Notes: generated by a model not told the origin, from the letters alone. A stretch of 64,000 nucleotides of DNA from Desulfobulbaceae bacterium (GCA_018335795.1 JAGXRP010000058.1:11520-75519); one strand, 5' to 3'; shown: positions 9,357-19,731, numbered from the stretch's first letter. Program-made: numbers and translations.

Positions 9357-9770
9357 CTACATCTTCATCGTCAAAGTCAGTATATTCTGTCCATGTGAAC
9401 GGCGATAAGTAATTGAATCGCAAAGTTTTTTCACAATGAAGATTCCCAAACCACCGACGGTTCGTTCTTCCAATGGTGCTTCGACGTTTGGTGATTCGCG
9501 GTCGAGCGGATTAAATTCGATTCCGCTATCGATAATTACTATTGTCATAGTGTTATTTTCGTATTTGATATATATATCTATTTCGCCACTTTCGTGCTTT
9601 GGGTATCCGTAGTTTATAATGTTTGTGACAAGTTCGTCAAGGCACAAAGACAGATTGTATGCGACTTTTGGAGCTAATTCGGCTTGCTCGGCAAAAGTTT
9701 CTAATTCCGAAGCCAAGGTACGGAGTTCGGAGATTTCGTTTTTCAGTTTTATGTCTAAGTTCAATTTCAT
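9357..9770 (-). CDS. Anti-sigma regulatory factor, HATPase_c Ser-kinase (RsbW/SpoIIAB-like)
   Basis: 137 aa; LDELVTNIINYGY...IDSGIEFNP...GGLGIFIVKKL motifs of GHKL anti-sigma kinases. Confidence 0.7.
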   Translation of the reverse strand: MKLNLDIKLKNEISELRTLASELETFAEQAELAPKVAYNLSLCLDELVTNIINYGYPKHESGEIDIYIKYENNTMTIVIIDSGIEFNPLDRESPNVEAPLEERTVGGLGIFIVKKLCDSITYRRSHGQNILTLTMKM

Positions 9771-9845
9771 ATATCTTTGCTTTGTTAGTCTTGCCGAAAT
9801 AATCTAAATTTGCTTTTGAAATAATACAAATTTAAAAATAACAAA

Positions 9846-10193
9846 TTGGAGTCAGAAATGAATATTGTTTTTTCTAGTGAAAACGAAATTAATATAGCAA
9901 AGTTATCCGGCAGAATTGACACGACAAATTCTGACGAGGTTCAAAGTGAATTGCTCGGCAAAATCAATTCGGGAGCTACGAAATTAGCGATTGATTTCTC
10001 GGAAGTAACTTATATCAGCAGCGCCGGATTGAGAGCTATTCTCGCGTCAGTCAAGGAAATCACGAAGAAAGAAGGCAAACTTGCGATTTTTTCGATGCAA
10101 GACAATATTAAGGATGTTTTCGATATGTCCGGATTTTCGGCAATTATGAATATATTGCCCGATTATAATTCAATAAAAGAATTCATGAAATAA
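9846..10193 (+). CDS. STAS-domain anti-sigma factor antagonist (SpoIIAA/RsbV-like)
   Basis: 115 aa; FSEVTYISSAGLRAIL with phosphorylatable Ser in the DxSxVxxIDSSGL position. Confidence 0.75.
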   Translation: MESEMNIVFSSENEINIAKLSGRIDTTNSDEVQSELLGKINSGATKLAIDFSEVTYISSAGLRAILASVKEITKKEGKLAIFSMQDNIKDVFDMSGFSAIMNILPDYNSIKEFMK

Positions 10194-10204
10194 ATGAGCA
10201 TAAA

Positions 10205-10816
10205 ATGAGTAATATTTATGAATTTGACGGCTACATTCCGGTAATTGACGAATCTGCATTTGTGCATCCGCAAGCGAATGTAACGGGGAATGTTATCATC
10301 GGGAAAAATGTTTATATCGGTCCCGGTGCATCGGTGCGTGGTGATTGGGGACAAATTATCATCGAAGATGATTGCAATGTGCAGGAAAATTGTGTTATTC
10401 ACATGTTCCCGGGAGTCACCGTAGTGCTGGAAAGCAAGGCTCATATTGGTCATGGAGCTATCATTCATGGGGCGCGCATTTGCCGGAATTCGCTGGTTGG
10501 AATGAATGCTGTCGTGATGGACGGAGCTGTCGTCGGAGCTGAATCCATCGTTGGAGCCTTATGTTTTGTTCCCGCAGATATGATTATTCCGGAACGTAAA
10601 ATCGTTGTGGGCAATCCGGCAAAAATCGTGAAAGATATTGTGCCTGATATGGTAGATTGGAAAACAGAAGGCACTGAGCTTTACGTCGGGCTGCCACAAG
10701 ATTGCAGAGATTCTCTTCGCCCTTGTGAGCCGCTGCGGCAAGTGCCGGCGAATCGCCCTCCGATGAAATCGGATTATAAGACTTGGAAGGAATATATTGC
10801 TTCTAAAGGTAAATGA
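10205..10816 (+). CDS. Gamma-carbonic-anhydrase / PaaY-like hexapeptide-repeat (LbH) protein
   Basis: 203 aa; left-handed beta-helix hexapeptide repeats and conserved His ligands (HIGHGAIIHGARI). Confidence 0.7.
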   Translation: MSNIYEFDGYIPVIDESAFVHPQANVTGNVIIGKNVYIGPGASVRGDWGQIIIEDDCNVQENCVIHMFPGVTVVLESKAHIGHGAIIHGARICRNSLVGMNAVVMDGAVVGAESIVGALCFVPADMIIPERKIVVGNPAKIVKDIVPDMVDWKTEGTELYVGLPQDCRDSLRPCEPLRQVPANRPPMKSDYKTWKEYIASKGK

Positions 10817-10841
10817 GATTTGATTGGGAATTATTGGGGAA

Positions 10842-11363
10842 TTAAATCCTAAAAATCATTGCGCCGGGTTTCAAACTTGAAGTGAACATATCCAAGACTT
10901 TGAATTGCTCAATCTGACTGAAATGATGCATAACATTCGAACAAATTATAGCATCAAAATCTGTACCGACGCTTTTAAATGTCAGCAAGTCATGTCGTTT
11001 GAATTGTACTTTGCTGCGTATGATTTCCGAAACTTGATAATGTGCATTATTTTCGCTGAAATACTTGTCTAATATGGCTTCGGGTATATTGAGTAAATTA
11101 TTTTTTGGGTAAATCCCTTTCTCAGCACTTGATTTGAAAGTTCGCAATTCGTCAATATCAGTAGCTATAATTGTGATTTTGTCCGAATATGATTGGAGTC
11201 CGATTGACTCCGCCAATAGTATCGCCATTGTGTATGTACTTTGGCACATTCCGCATCCGGCATCCCAAATCCTTATTTCGGCTTGATTGTTTATTCGGTT
11301 TTTGACATGAGCAACAAGTTCGGAGATTAGCTCAACATTTTTATAAAATTGCGAGAAGGACAT
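10842..11363 (-). CDS. CheR-type SAM-dependent protein methyltransferase catalytic domain only (no N-terminal CheR helical domain)
   Basis: RIWDAGCGMCQSTYTMAI, ATDID, GIY, FDAIICSNVM, LKPGAMIF align with CheR motifs. Confidence 0.65.
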   Translation of the reverse strand: MSFSQFYKNVELISELVAHVKNRINNQAEIRIWDAGCGMCQSTYTMAILLAESIGLQSYSDKITIIATDIDELRTFKSSAEKGIYPKNNLLNIPEAILDKYFSENNAHYQVSEIIRSKVQFKRHDLLTFKSVGTDFDAIICSNVMHHFSQIEQFKVLDMFTSSLKPGAMIFRI

Positions 11364-11366
11364 TTA

Positions 11367-12179
11367 TTATTTACTCCGATTCAGATATGCTGAAATAATC
11401 GAATCAATAATATCAATTCCGTCTGTTAGGGCAGCGGGTCCGGGTTGGAGTATAATTGCCGAATCAATTTCGTGAATTTCATCATTTTTGATTGCATTTA
11501 TTTCCGCCCAACCCTCTCTTTTCAACATGCGTTCACGTTTGAAGGGCTTACCGCACCAAGATGCTATTATTATATCGGGATTTTTCTCGATGATTATGTC
11601 TGTGCTTTCCAAAATTCGGCGTTTAGCATCGAAAAATTTGCGATGATGTGCAAATGGGTCTATCCCACCGCAAAGTTCAATTATTTCGCTCACCCAACAT
11701 ATTCCCGTTATCAGAGGATTATACCATTCTTCAAAATATACAATAGGTTTGGATTGATAATTTTGGGTGCGATTGCTCAAATTTTCGATTTTGCTCATAT
11801 ATTCGCTCACTAGTTTCTCGGCGTCATTTTGTTTGCCCACTATTGCACCGACTTTAAGAATCATGTTCAGGATTCCTTCGATAGACCGATGATTGAATGT
11901 GAATACTTCAATGCCGTTACGGATTAATTCTTCCGCAATTTTTGACTGCAAATCTGACCATGCAAATACTACATCGGGTTTGAGTTTGATTATTTCATCA
12001 ATTTCAGCATCAATATATCTCGCTATAATCGCCTTTGTCAATTTCGCTTCCGGTGGACGAACTGTATATGCAGTAATTCCGACAATACTGTCGTCTGCAC
12101 CGAGTTTGTATAAAGTCTCTGTGGTCTCTTCAGTTAGGCAAACAATTCGTTTTGGCAATGAAGGTTTGAAATCAAGCAT
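11367..12179 (-). CDS. BtuF/FecB-like (TroA-fold, PF01497) binding protein lacking a signal peptide
   Basis: 270 aa; KRIVCLTEETTETLYKLGADDSIVGIT...PDVVFAW typical of cobalamin/siderophore-binding proteins; no hydrophobic N-terminus; 3-nt gap to downstream CheR-like gene. Confidence 0.65.
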   Translation of the reverse strand: MLDFKPSLPKRIVCLTEETTETLYKLGADDSIVGITAYTVRPPEAKLTKAIIARYIDAEIDEIIKLKPDVVFAWSDLQSKIAEELIRNGIEVFTFNHRSIEGILNMILKVGAIVGKQNDAEKLVSEYMSKIENLSNRTQNYQSKPIVYFEEWYNPLITGICWVSEIIELCGGIDPFAHHRKFFDAKRRILESTDIIIEKNPDIIIASWCGKPFKRERMLKREGWAEINAIKNDEIHEIDSAIILQPGPAALTDGIDIIDSIISAYLNRSK

Positions 12180-12200
12180 ACAAAAAAACTCCTGTTAAAA

Positions 12201-14513
12201 TTAGAATGCGTGACCGATACTGAAGTGGAATCGCAAATCCTTTATCGAATCATACTCAGTCCAAATTTTATAATCGGGCAAATTATAGTTTGGTTTGTAT
12301 ATTGGCATTGCAAAATCTAATCTTATAGGTCCTATCGGAGTTTCATATCTTATTCCAAGTCCGGCAGACCAAGCCAATTTAGTGAAATATTCCACAAAGC
12401 TAATTTGCGAAATATCATTATCTCCTTCTGCGAACCAATGATAAGCATTTCCATAATCAAGAAACGTCGTTATTCCAAATTTGGAAATCTGTTCAGCAAG
12501 CACTTCATTAATGCTCTGATAAAATGGGAATGTATATCTGAACTCGATGCTACCTTCTAATAAAACGCGGCTACCAATCAAATTTGAATACAACAAATAG
12601 TCGTTTCTATATGACGAATCTTTAGGATGAAATGAATCGGGTTCATTTCGAGAATAATGCAATTCACGTGAACTCCAACCACGAACACTATTTGCACCAC
12701 CGGCGAAAAATTGACGTTCAAACGGGACATATGAATTTTCAGTATCGAACCTGAATATGACACCCGTCCTAAATTTTGTCGCAAATACAGTGTTATCTGA
12801 CAAAGGTTCGAACATGGAATATGCAGTTTGCAAACGTACAAATCTCGCAATACCTGATACAACGGGATGTGCCAAGAAGAAATTCCAACCATCAACAGAC
12901 CCGTAGAAATAATCACCATTTGTAGGGTTGAAAGGATGATTGCGGCTGTCGCCAATGAGTGTAATCCCAAGCAAATTTGCAGTTGTTAGTTTTAAATCCG
13001 GTTCTTGCAAATAATGGTACAATTGGCTGTAAAAGTCTATCGAACGCTTTATTCTGGCATCTATATTGTCTCCGGATATGTATTTCGCTTGTACTTCCTC
13101 ATAATTAACCAAATTCTGCAATTCAAAGTTGAAATCTATGATAATCTGATTTATATATGTTTCGTTTGTCAAACTTATTGGAATCCTGAAATTTGCAAAC
13201 CAAGCCGAAATATCGAATAACTGTTCGACCGTAAGATACGAATAATAGATTCTGCTTGCACCACCTATTCTCATATTCTCAATTGCCCATATTAGAGGTT
13301 GAGCAAGCCTGATACCTATTTGCCCTTCGTATTCGGCACGTTCGCCGGAAATTATGCTGCTTATGTCTTTGGCTTTCACATTTGCGTAAAAAGTGCCGGA
13401 TTGTGCAGCACCACCCCAATTCCGATGCGATATTGAAGCTTCGGCACCTATATTGGTTAAGTTGTCTATTTGAGTATTATTGACAAACAAACCTACACTC
13501 CATTCCTTTTGTTTGCGGTAATCGGAAGTAACAACCAATGAAAGAGTTGTATCAGTTTGCATTTTGAAAATTGAACTTGTATCTATATTGACGGATGTAA
13601 AAGTACCGAGAGAGTTCAGATTATTGAGTGAACGCTGCACTTTTCGTCTGCTATACCAATCGTTTTCTTTTATGTCCATCTGCAATCGTTTCATTTCCTT
13701 AACCACAATATTCTGATTGTTAAGGCTATCAATATATTCAATTGATTCAATTTTCTGACGCTTCCCTGTAGTGAAAACCGCCGTAACACTGTCAGTAGCA
13801 GTCTCTGTATTTATGGAGACAGGTAATATTTCAAATTTGGAATAGTAATAGCCGGAATTTTGTAAAATGTTAAAAATATTGCCAATTTCACCCAATACCT
13901 TTTCTTCGTTAAAAAATTCATTGCTTTTGACTTGTCTCGCAGCTTCAATTCTTTGTCTTGTTAAAGTGTCTATACTTTCAAGCCCAAGGTACATAACGGT
14001 ATCAATCGTATATCGAGTGCCCTCGTTGATAGTGAAAGTCAAAACATTGATTTTGCTAGCCGAATCGGGTTCGAATCTGTAGCTAATCTCTGCGAAATGG
14101 AAACCGTTTGTGTTGTAGTAACTCCATAATGTTTCGGTGTCCATATTCACGTCTAATTCATTGAAATGGCTGATTTCATGATTATGATTTTTCAAAAAGA
14201 CACCGAGTGAAGTATCGAGAATAGCCGGTGTCCATGGTATTAGTTTAACATTGTCGTAATAATACTCAGCTGTTCTGTGCTGAGGACTCATGTTGGTCTC
14301 TTTCGTATTAATAAGCTCCTTGAGTAAGTTGGAACTGAAAGAATCATTGTTCTCAAACCGGATCTTGTGAATTTCGAATTGCTTTTGAAGACGACGTGAT
14401 GGATATAGCCCGGGCGAAATAAAATTCTCGACAGCAAGTGCTGAAAAATCGGAGTAGAACACCGATATAATCAGGACAAGTACCGCAGATATTGAATATT
14501 TTTTTGAACCCAT
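12201..14513 (-). CDS. Omp85-family outer membrane protein (BamA/TamA-like)
   Basis: 770 aa, N-terminal signal peptide, POTRA-like region, C-terminal beta-barrel ending RFHFSIGHAF (terminal aromatic). Confidence 0.75.
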   Translation of the reverse strand: MGSKKYSISAVLVLIISVFYSDFSALAVENFISPGLYPSRRLQKQFEIHKIRFENNDSFSSNLLKELINTKETNMSPQHRTAEYYYDNVKLIPWTPAILDTSLGVFLKNHNHEISHFNELDVNMDTETLWSYYNTNGFHFAEISYRFEPDSASKINVLTFTINEGTRYTIDTVMYLGLESIDTLTRQRIEAARQVKSNEFFNEEKVLGEIGNIFNILQNSGYYYSKFEILPVSINTETATDSVTAVFTTGKRQKIESIEYIDSLNNQNIVVKEMKRLQMDIKENDWYSRRKVQRSLNNLNSLGTFTSVNIDTSSIFKMQTDTTLSLVVTSDYRKQKEWSVGLFVNNTQIDNLTNIGAEASISHRNWGGAAQSGTFYANVKAKDISSIISGERAEYEGQIGIRLAQPLIWAIENMRIGGASRIYYSYLTVEQLFDISAWFANFRIPISLTNETYINQIIIDFNFELQNLVNYEEVQAKYISGDNIDARIKRSIDFYSQLYHYLQEPDLKLTTANLLGITLIGDSRNHPFNPTNGDYFYGSVDGWNFFLAHPVVSGIARFVRLQTAYSMFEPLSDNTVFATKFRTGVIFRFDTENSYVPFERQFFAGGANSVRGWSSRELHYSRNEPDSFHPKDSSYRNDYLLYSNLIGSRVLLEGSIEFRYTFPFYQSINEVLAEQISKFGITTFLDYGNAYHWFAEGDNDISQISFVEYFTKLAWSAGLGIRYETPIGPIRLDFAMPIYKPNYNLPDYKIWTEYDSIKDLRFHFSIGHAF

Positions 14514-14627
14514 TTCCTACACCATTTTTCAAATGGCACAGACGTTATACTGCTATTAAGGTTTTAAATAAAGAAAAAAGCGAGAAAAAAGAGAAATTTC
14601 TCGCTTAGTTCCGTAATTTCCGAAAAC

Positions 14628-14867
14628 TTAGATATATTGCTCTTCTTCGTCATCGTTATAAAAATACTCTTCAGAATTGAGGTCTTCATACTCAGGCCAT
14701 AAGTCTTCCATACCTTCAATTAGCTCGTCTGTATCATCTAATTCAGCCAAGTTATCCAATACTTCTTGTGGACATCCGGCTCTATTGGCATAATCTATTA
14801 ACTCTTCTTTAGTTGCCGGAAATGGCGCATCTTCTAAGGATATGGCTAATTCAGGTGTCCAAAACAT
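14628..14867 (-). CDS. DUF2795-like small acidic protein
   Basis: 79 aa; PFPATKEELIDYANRAGCPQEVLDNLAEL matches DUF2795 core. Confidence 0.5.
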   Translation of the reverse strand: MFWTPELAISLEDAPFPATKEELIDYANRAGCPQEVLDNLAELDDTDELIEGMEDLWPEYEDLNSEEYFYNDDEEEQYI

Positions 14868-15050
14868 AATGCTCTCCAGTCTTTTGGTTTTAATCGTTTA
14901 ACAATTTTGCAAAATTAGCATATTTTTACTGATTATAACAATACTATTTCGCTTTAGTTACAAAGAATCTCAATTTTATCTTTATATCGTGGGTTCGTTC
15001 ATATTATTTTACTTTATTTTACAAAAGTGAAGATTTAGTAGATAGCACAT

Positions 15051-15734
15051 CTATTCTAACTCGCAATTTTCAGTATAAAATAGCTCTTTGGAAATCAAAT
15101 CGAATGCACAGAGATAGCCCAAATCTTTGACTTGGCGGTGGTAAACGCATCCTCCGTCAAGTCTGATTATGTCGTTGTGAATGCTTTCTTTTATAGCAGA
15201 AATTGGTGTTGGTGTGTGCCCAATTACCATTCTACGCTCACCGATTTTTTCGCGATTTATTTTTGAGGGTCGCGACCATAGCATTGCATGAAAATCTGAG
15301 TATGGGTTTTTGATTTCAAAGTTGAAACCTGCATGTGTGATTGCAAAATCATCTGTCAGATGGAACATTTTCAAATTGAGGAAAAAATCTAAATACTCTT
15401 CGTCAAGGAATCCCGAACTCATGATTTCAAAATCATCCAATGTACTCTGAGCTCCGTTACGGAGCCAATTCCGGAGAGATTTGGGCTGATTGATAGCATC
15501 AATCAGCATTTGCTCATGATTGCCCTTAAGTGTAATTACTTCAAATCCGGCTTTTCGAAGATTCAATATTCTGTCCACAACGGCTTTTGGGTGCGGACCT
15601 CTGTCTATATAATCGCCCAAGAAGATTAATGTATCATCAATGCTGATTTCGCATACATCATCCAATAATTTATTCAATGTATTGGAACATCCATGAACGT
15701 CGCCTATTACAATGCTTCTGCCCGTTTTTATCAT
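15051..15734 (-). CDS. Metallophosphoesterase, Ser/Thr protein phosphatase family (ApaH/PrpE-like)
   Basis: GDVHG, GDYIDRG, GNHE motifs. Confidence 0.75.
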   Translation of the reverse strand: MIKTGRSIVIGDVHGCSNTLNKLLDDVCEISIDDTLIFLGDYIDRGPHPKAVVDRILNLRKAGFEVITLKGNHEQMLIDAINQPKSLRNWLRNGAQSTLDDFEIMSSGFLDEEYLDFFLNLKMFHLTDDFAITHAGFNFEIKNPYSDFHAMLWSRPSKINREKIGERRMVIGHTPTPISAIKESIHNDIIRLDGGCVYHRQVKDLGYLCAFDLISKELFYTENCELE

Positions 15735-17401
15735 TCTTTTACGATTATTTTAGTGAAGACTTGATTTTTCGTTGTTAGCGTCAAATAATATGTTCCGACT
15801 GCTTGATTGCTCAAATTAATTTCTGTAGCTCCGAATATACTCTGTTTCATAATGTTTTTGCCCAAGGCATCGCTGATTGTCATCATTGCGGATTCGATAC
15901 CGCTTATAAATATAATTCCTGTACTCGGGTTTGGATATACTTCAATATGGTCTGATTCAATCAATTCTACTGATGTAACTTTGCAAATATTGTGAATTTC
16001 GGTTGGACTATTGCATCCTATATTGTTATATTGTATAAATGATAATTCAGAAGTTGCCAGGTGCATGCAAACGCTCCAAATATTACATTCGGATAATTTA
16101 GGACACGATTGGATGAATAAAGTATCAATGCTTTGGTAATCAATACTATCCAATCCTGACAAACTTTCAATCTTATCCAAGTTCAACAGACTTATGCTGC
16201 CTCCAACGCTTTTCAAAGACTGAAATGCGTTGAAGTTTTCCAAATTTTTATGGTTCGATAGGTAAAATATACTACCAATAGATCTTAAAGAATCGAGTCC
16301 TGTACAATTTTCTAATGATATGTTATCAGCGAAATAGAGTCCGCCTCCTAATGATTTTAATCTATTGAAAGCGTCAAACTCTTTTAAAGTTGGATTTTCC
16401 CTTATGACAAGATAGCCGTTTATAGATTCAATGTTTCTAAATCCATCAATAGATTGCAGTAATTCATTATTTTCAATTCTCAGGTCTCCGCCAATTGTTT
16501 TTAGATTAGCAAAAGATTTGAATGAAAGCAGACTGTTATTTGTTGCAATTGTAACCCTTCCGCCAATAGATTCTAATCCATCTAATCCTTCTAATGAAGC
16601 TATTTTGAAGTTAAATCGGGATTCGAAAAATCCGCCTATGGTTTTAAGGGATTGAATTCCATCTAGATTTGCAAGATTTAGTGTGATTAATCGAAAATTC
16701 CAATAAATTGATTTGAGCGAATCCAATCCCTTCAAATTTGTTAAAGCCGGGTTTTTATCAATTTCTAATGAACCATTGATATGTTTCAATCCATTTAAAC
16801 CTTCCAACTCTATTAATTCTTTATTATCGGAAATGACAAAGTCGCTTTTGAGCGAATCAATCCCTTCTAATCCTTTCAACGATGAGAGTTTGTTATTTGA
16901 TTTTATCCAAAAATATCCACCGATTCGTTTAAGTGATTTGAATCCTGCAATAGAAATTAAATTGATATTCGAAGTAAGCATTGCATCGCCGTTGATTCTC
17001 TGAAGTTTATCCAAACCATTCAAACTTTCTAACTTTTGATTTCCCAGCAAAAGGAAATTGCCTCCTATCACTTCTAAAGATTCTAAACCTCTCAGGTCTA
17101 TCAATTGTTCTGTATAATCGAAACTTAAATTTCCGCCGATTTTCAATATCTTATTCAAAGGCTCTAAGTTGGTGACTTTTCCTGTTACACGTACATTTCC
17201 TTCAATTTCTGAGCAATTTGGGTAATTGGCAAGAAAATCTTCAACAGACTGTTGTGTATTAAATGTGACACCTTCGGGCAAACACGATTGAGCAAGTGCA
17301 TGACTCGACATCGCCATAATAGACAACATAATGATAAACACGGACATGATTTTAGTCATGACAACCTCATTTCTTAATGATACTTCACACAAAAATAACA
17401 C
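15731..17401 (-). CDS. Leucine-rich-repeat (BspA-like) surface protein with T9SS C-terminal sorting domain
   Basis: Signal peptide; ~20 LRR units (L..I..IGG..); C-terminal VYPNPSTGIIFISG...YYLTLTTKNQ CTD. Confidence 0.7.
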   Translation of the reverse strand: MLFLCEVSLRNEVVMTKIMSVFIIMLSIMAMSSHALAQSCLPEGVTFNTQQSVEDFLANYPNCSEIEGNVRVTGKVTNLEPLNKILKIGGNLSFDYTEQLIDLRGLESLEVIGGNFLLLGNQKLESLNGLDKLQRINGDAMLTSNINLISIAGFKSLKRIGGYFWIKSNNKLSSLKGLEGIDSLKSDFVISDNKELIELEGLNGLKHINGSLEIDKNPALTNLKGLDSLKSIYWNFRLITLNLANLDGIQSLKTIGGFFESRFNFKIASLEGLDGLESIGGRVTIATNNSLLSFKSFANLKTIGGDLRIENNELLQSIDGFRNIESINGYLVIRENPTLKEFDAFNRLKSLGGGLYFADNISLENCTGLDSLRSIGSIFYLSNHKNLENFNAFQSLKSVGGSISLLNLDKIESLSGLDSIDYQSIDTLFIQSCPKLSECNIWSVCMHLATSELSFIQYNNIGCNSPTEIHNICKVTSVELIESDHIEVYPNPSTGIIFISGIESAMMTISDALGKNIMKQSIFGATEINLSNQAVGTYYLTLTTKNQVFTKIIVKE

Positions 17402-17562
17402 TTTTGGTCTTATACCATATTATATAAAGCAATAATCTATCCAAAAATCAAGTTATTCAATCACACATTCAGATTTGTAGCTAAATTCGACATTTTGCAA
17501 ATAAAATAAAAGTATAAGCGTCCAAGCAAATCTTAACCATAATAGGTTAATTTTTATTATTT

Positions 17563-19731
17563 TTGATTATAATGATGGAGATTTTGATGGCAGTTAATGC
17601 AACCGCTTCAAAAATAGATGTTAAAACGACGAAAAACGGGTCAGGTAAAAAATCTGCTTCTGTTACCATGAATTATCAAGACCACGAAATCGAAGTTGAC
17701 TTGTATAGTGCCTTCGACTTTGGCGAATTTGACAAAGAGACAGTCATTGACTGGTACAAACTCAATCACTTAGGCAGAAGATTAGATGACAAAGCTGCTT
17801 TGTATCTGAAAATGGCGAAGGGTTGGTCCTATCATGCACCTTTTGCGGGTCATGATGGTATTCAGCTTGCATTGGGCTTAATGTTTCGCCAAAATCACGA
17901 TTTCTTATTTCCTTATTATCGTGACTTGTTGACATCTTTAGCGGGAGGTATCACGGTAGAAGAAATTATTTTGAATGGGTTGAGCAAAGATACTGATGTA
18001 GCCGGTGGTGGACGCCATATGAGCAATCACTTTGCCAAACCTTCGATTCGTATCCAAAATGTATCTTCTTGCACAGGCAATCACAGCCTTCATGCAGTTG
18101 GCGTCGCTCGTGCCATTAAAAAATATAATGGCGATGAGATAGCATACTATTCAGGTGGCGAATCTGCTACAGCCGAAGGTTACTTCTACGAGGCTATAAG
18201 TGCCGCTAATCTCGATAAATTGCCTGTTGTATTTGTTATTCAAAATAACAAATTCGGTATCTCTGTTCCGCTCCACGAAGTTTCGGGCAACATGGTTGTC
18301 AGCGATAACTTCAAAGGCTTTAAAAACATGAAAATCATCGAATGTGACGGTAGAGACCCATTTGATTGCTATAAAGCTCTCAATTTGGCTGTCGAGCATA
18401 TCCGTGCTGGAAACGGTCCGGCAATGATTCATGCAGATTGCGACAGAATTGGTTCACATTCCAATTCCGACAGGCACGAACTTTACCGTTCGGAAGAAGA
18501 GAGAACATTGCTCAAACGACGCGACCCGTTGATGCAATTCCGTTGGCATTTACTTGACAAACAAATTCTAACGCTAAAAGAAATTGAAGAAATTGAAGAA
18601 AACAACAAGGAGTTGATCTTTGCTGCTGCGGATAAGGCTGAAGCTGCTCCTGATGCAAACGGAAAAAGTTGGGACCAATTTATTATTCCAGAACCATATG
18701 TGAAAATCTCTGATAACACAGAAACTGCTATTAATCCTGATGCTCCGCGAATTCAATTTATAGAAGGTATAAATCATACCTTGAAAGAAGAATTCCACAG
18801 AAATCCTGATACATTCCTATGGGGGCAGGACATCGGCAAGGGTGGCGTTTTCAATGTTGTCAAAGGTATGCCGCAAGAATTTGGCAAAGAACGTGTCTTC
18901 AACGCCGCTATTGCTGAAGATTGTATCGTAGGCACAGCTAATGGATTTACTCGTTACAACGACAAAATCCGCGTTGTGGTAGAAGGTGCTGAATTTGCTG
19001 ATTATTTTTGGCCAGCAATGGAGCAATTAATCGAATGTTCGCATGATTATTGGCGTACTCGTGGGCAATTTTCTCCTAATGTTGTAATTAGAATTGCGAG
19101 TGGTGGCTATATCCAAGGAGGTTTGTATCATTCTCAAAACCTTGAAGGTACTTTAAGCACTATTCCCGGAATTCGTATCGTAATGCCTTCCTTTGCCGAT
19201 GACGCAGTTGGACTTTTGCGTAATGCAATTCGTTCACGCGGGACAACACTATTTTTAGAACCAAAATTTTTGTATAATTTCAAAGCAGCATCAGCGCCTA
19301 CTCCTGACGACGATTTTGTTATTCCCTTTGGGAAAGCGAAAACACGTCGCTCTGGCAGTGATTTAACAATTGTATCATTTGGTACAACTGTTCATCTAAG
19401 CATGATGGCAGCTGAAGAGCTTGCAAATGAAGGGATTTCGGTTGAGGTAATAGACCTTCGTTCGATAATCCCTTGGGATAAAGAAGCTGTACTCGAATCA
19501 GTTAGAAGGACAAATCGTTTGGTAGTAGTTCACGAGGACAAAGTCACAGGTGGATTTGGCGGTGAGATTGTTGCTACTGTTTCAAAAGAAGCATTTCGTT
19601 CATTGGATGCTCCGATTTTGAGAGTAGGGTCAAAGGACGTACCTGTTGGTTTTGCTAAAAGTTATGAAAGTGCAACTTTGCCAAATAAAAATGATGTTGT
19701 CCTTGCAGTTAAGGAGACCTTACAATTTTGA
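17563..19731 (+). CDS. 2-oxoacid dehydrogenase E1 component, fused alpha+beta subunits (TPP-dependent; branched-chain or acetoin type)
   Basis: N-half E1-alpha TPP motif (YYSGGESATAEG...N); C-half transketolase-like beta (FNAAIAEDCIVGTANGF); 722 aa. Confidence 0.8.
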   Translation: MIIMMEILMAVNATASKIDVKTTKNGSGKKSASVTMNYQDHEIEVDLYSAFDFGEFDKETVIDWYKLNHLGRRLDDKAALYLKMAKGWSYHAPFAGHDGIQLALGLMFRQNHDFLFPYYRDLLTSLAGGITVEEIILNGLSKDTDVAGGGRHMSNHFAKPSIRIQNVSSCTGNHSLHAVGVARAIKKYNGDEIAYYSGGESATAEGYFYEAISAANLDKLPVVFVIQNNKFGISVPLHEVSGNMVVSDNFKGFKNMKIIECDGRDPFDCYKALNLAVEHIRAGNGPAMIHADCDRIGSHSNSDRHELYRSEEERTLLKRRDPLMQFRWHLLDKQILTLKEIEEIEENNKELIFAAADKAEAAPDANGKSWDQFIIPEPYVKISDNTETAINPDAPRIQFIEGINHTLKEEFHRNPDTFLWGQDIGKGGVFNVVKGMPQEFGKERVFNAAIAEDCIVGTANGFTRYNDKIRVVVEGAEFADYFWPAMEQLIECSHDYWRTRGQFSPNVVIRIASGGYIQGGLYHSQNLEGTLSTIPGIRIVMPSFADDAVGLLRNAIRSRGTTLFLEPKFLYNFKAASAPTPDDDFVIPFGKAKTRRSGSDLTIVSFGTTVHLSMMAAEELANEGISVEVIDLRSIIPWDKEAVLESVRRTNRLVVVHEDKVTGGFGGEIVATVSKEAFRSLDAPILRVGSKDVPVGFAKSYESATLPNKNDVVLAVKETLQF

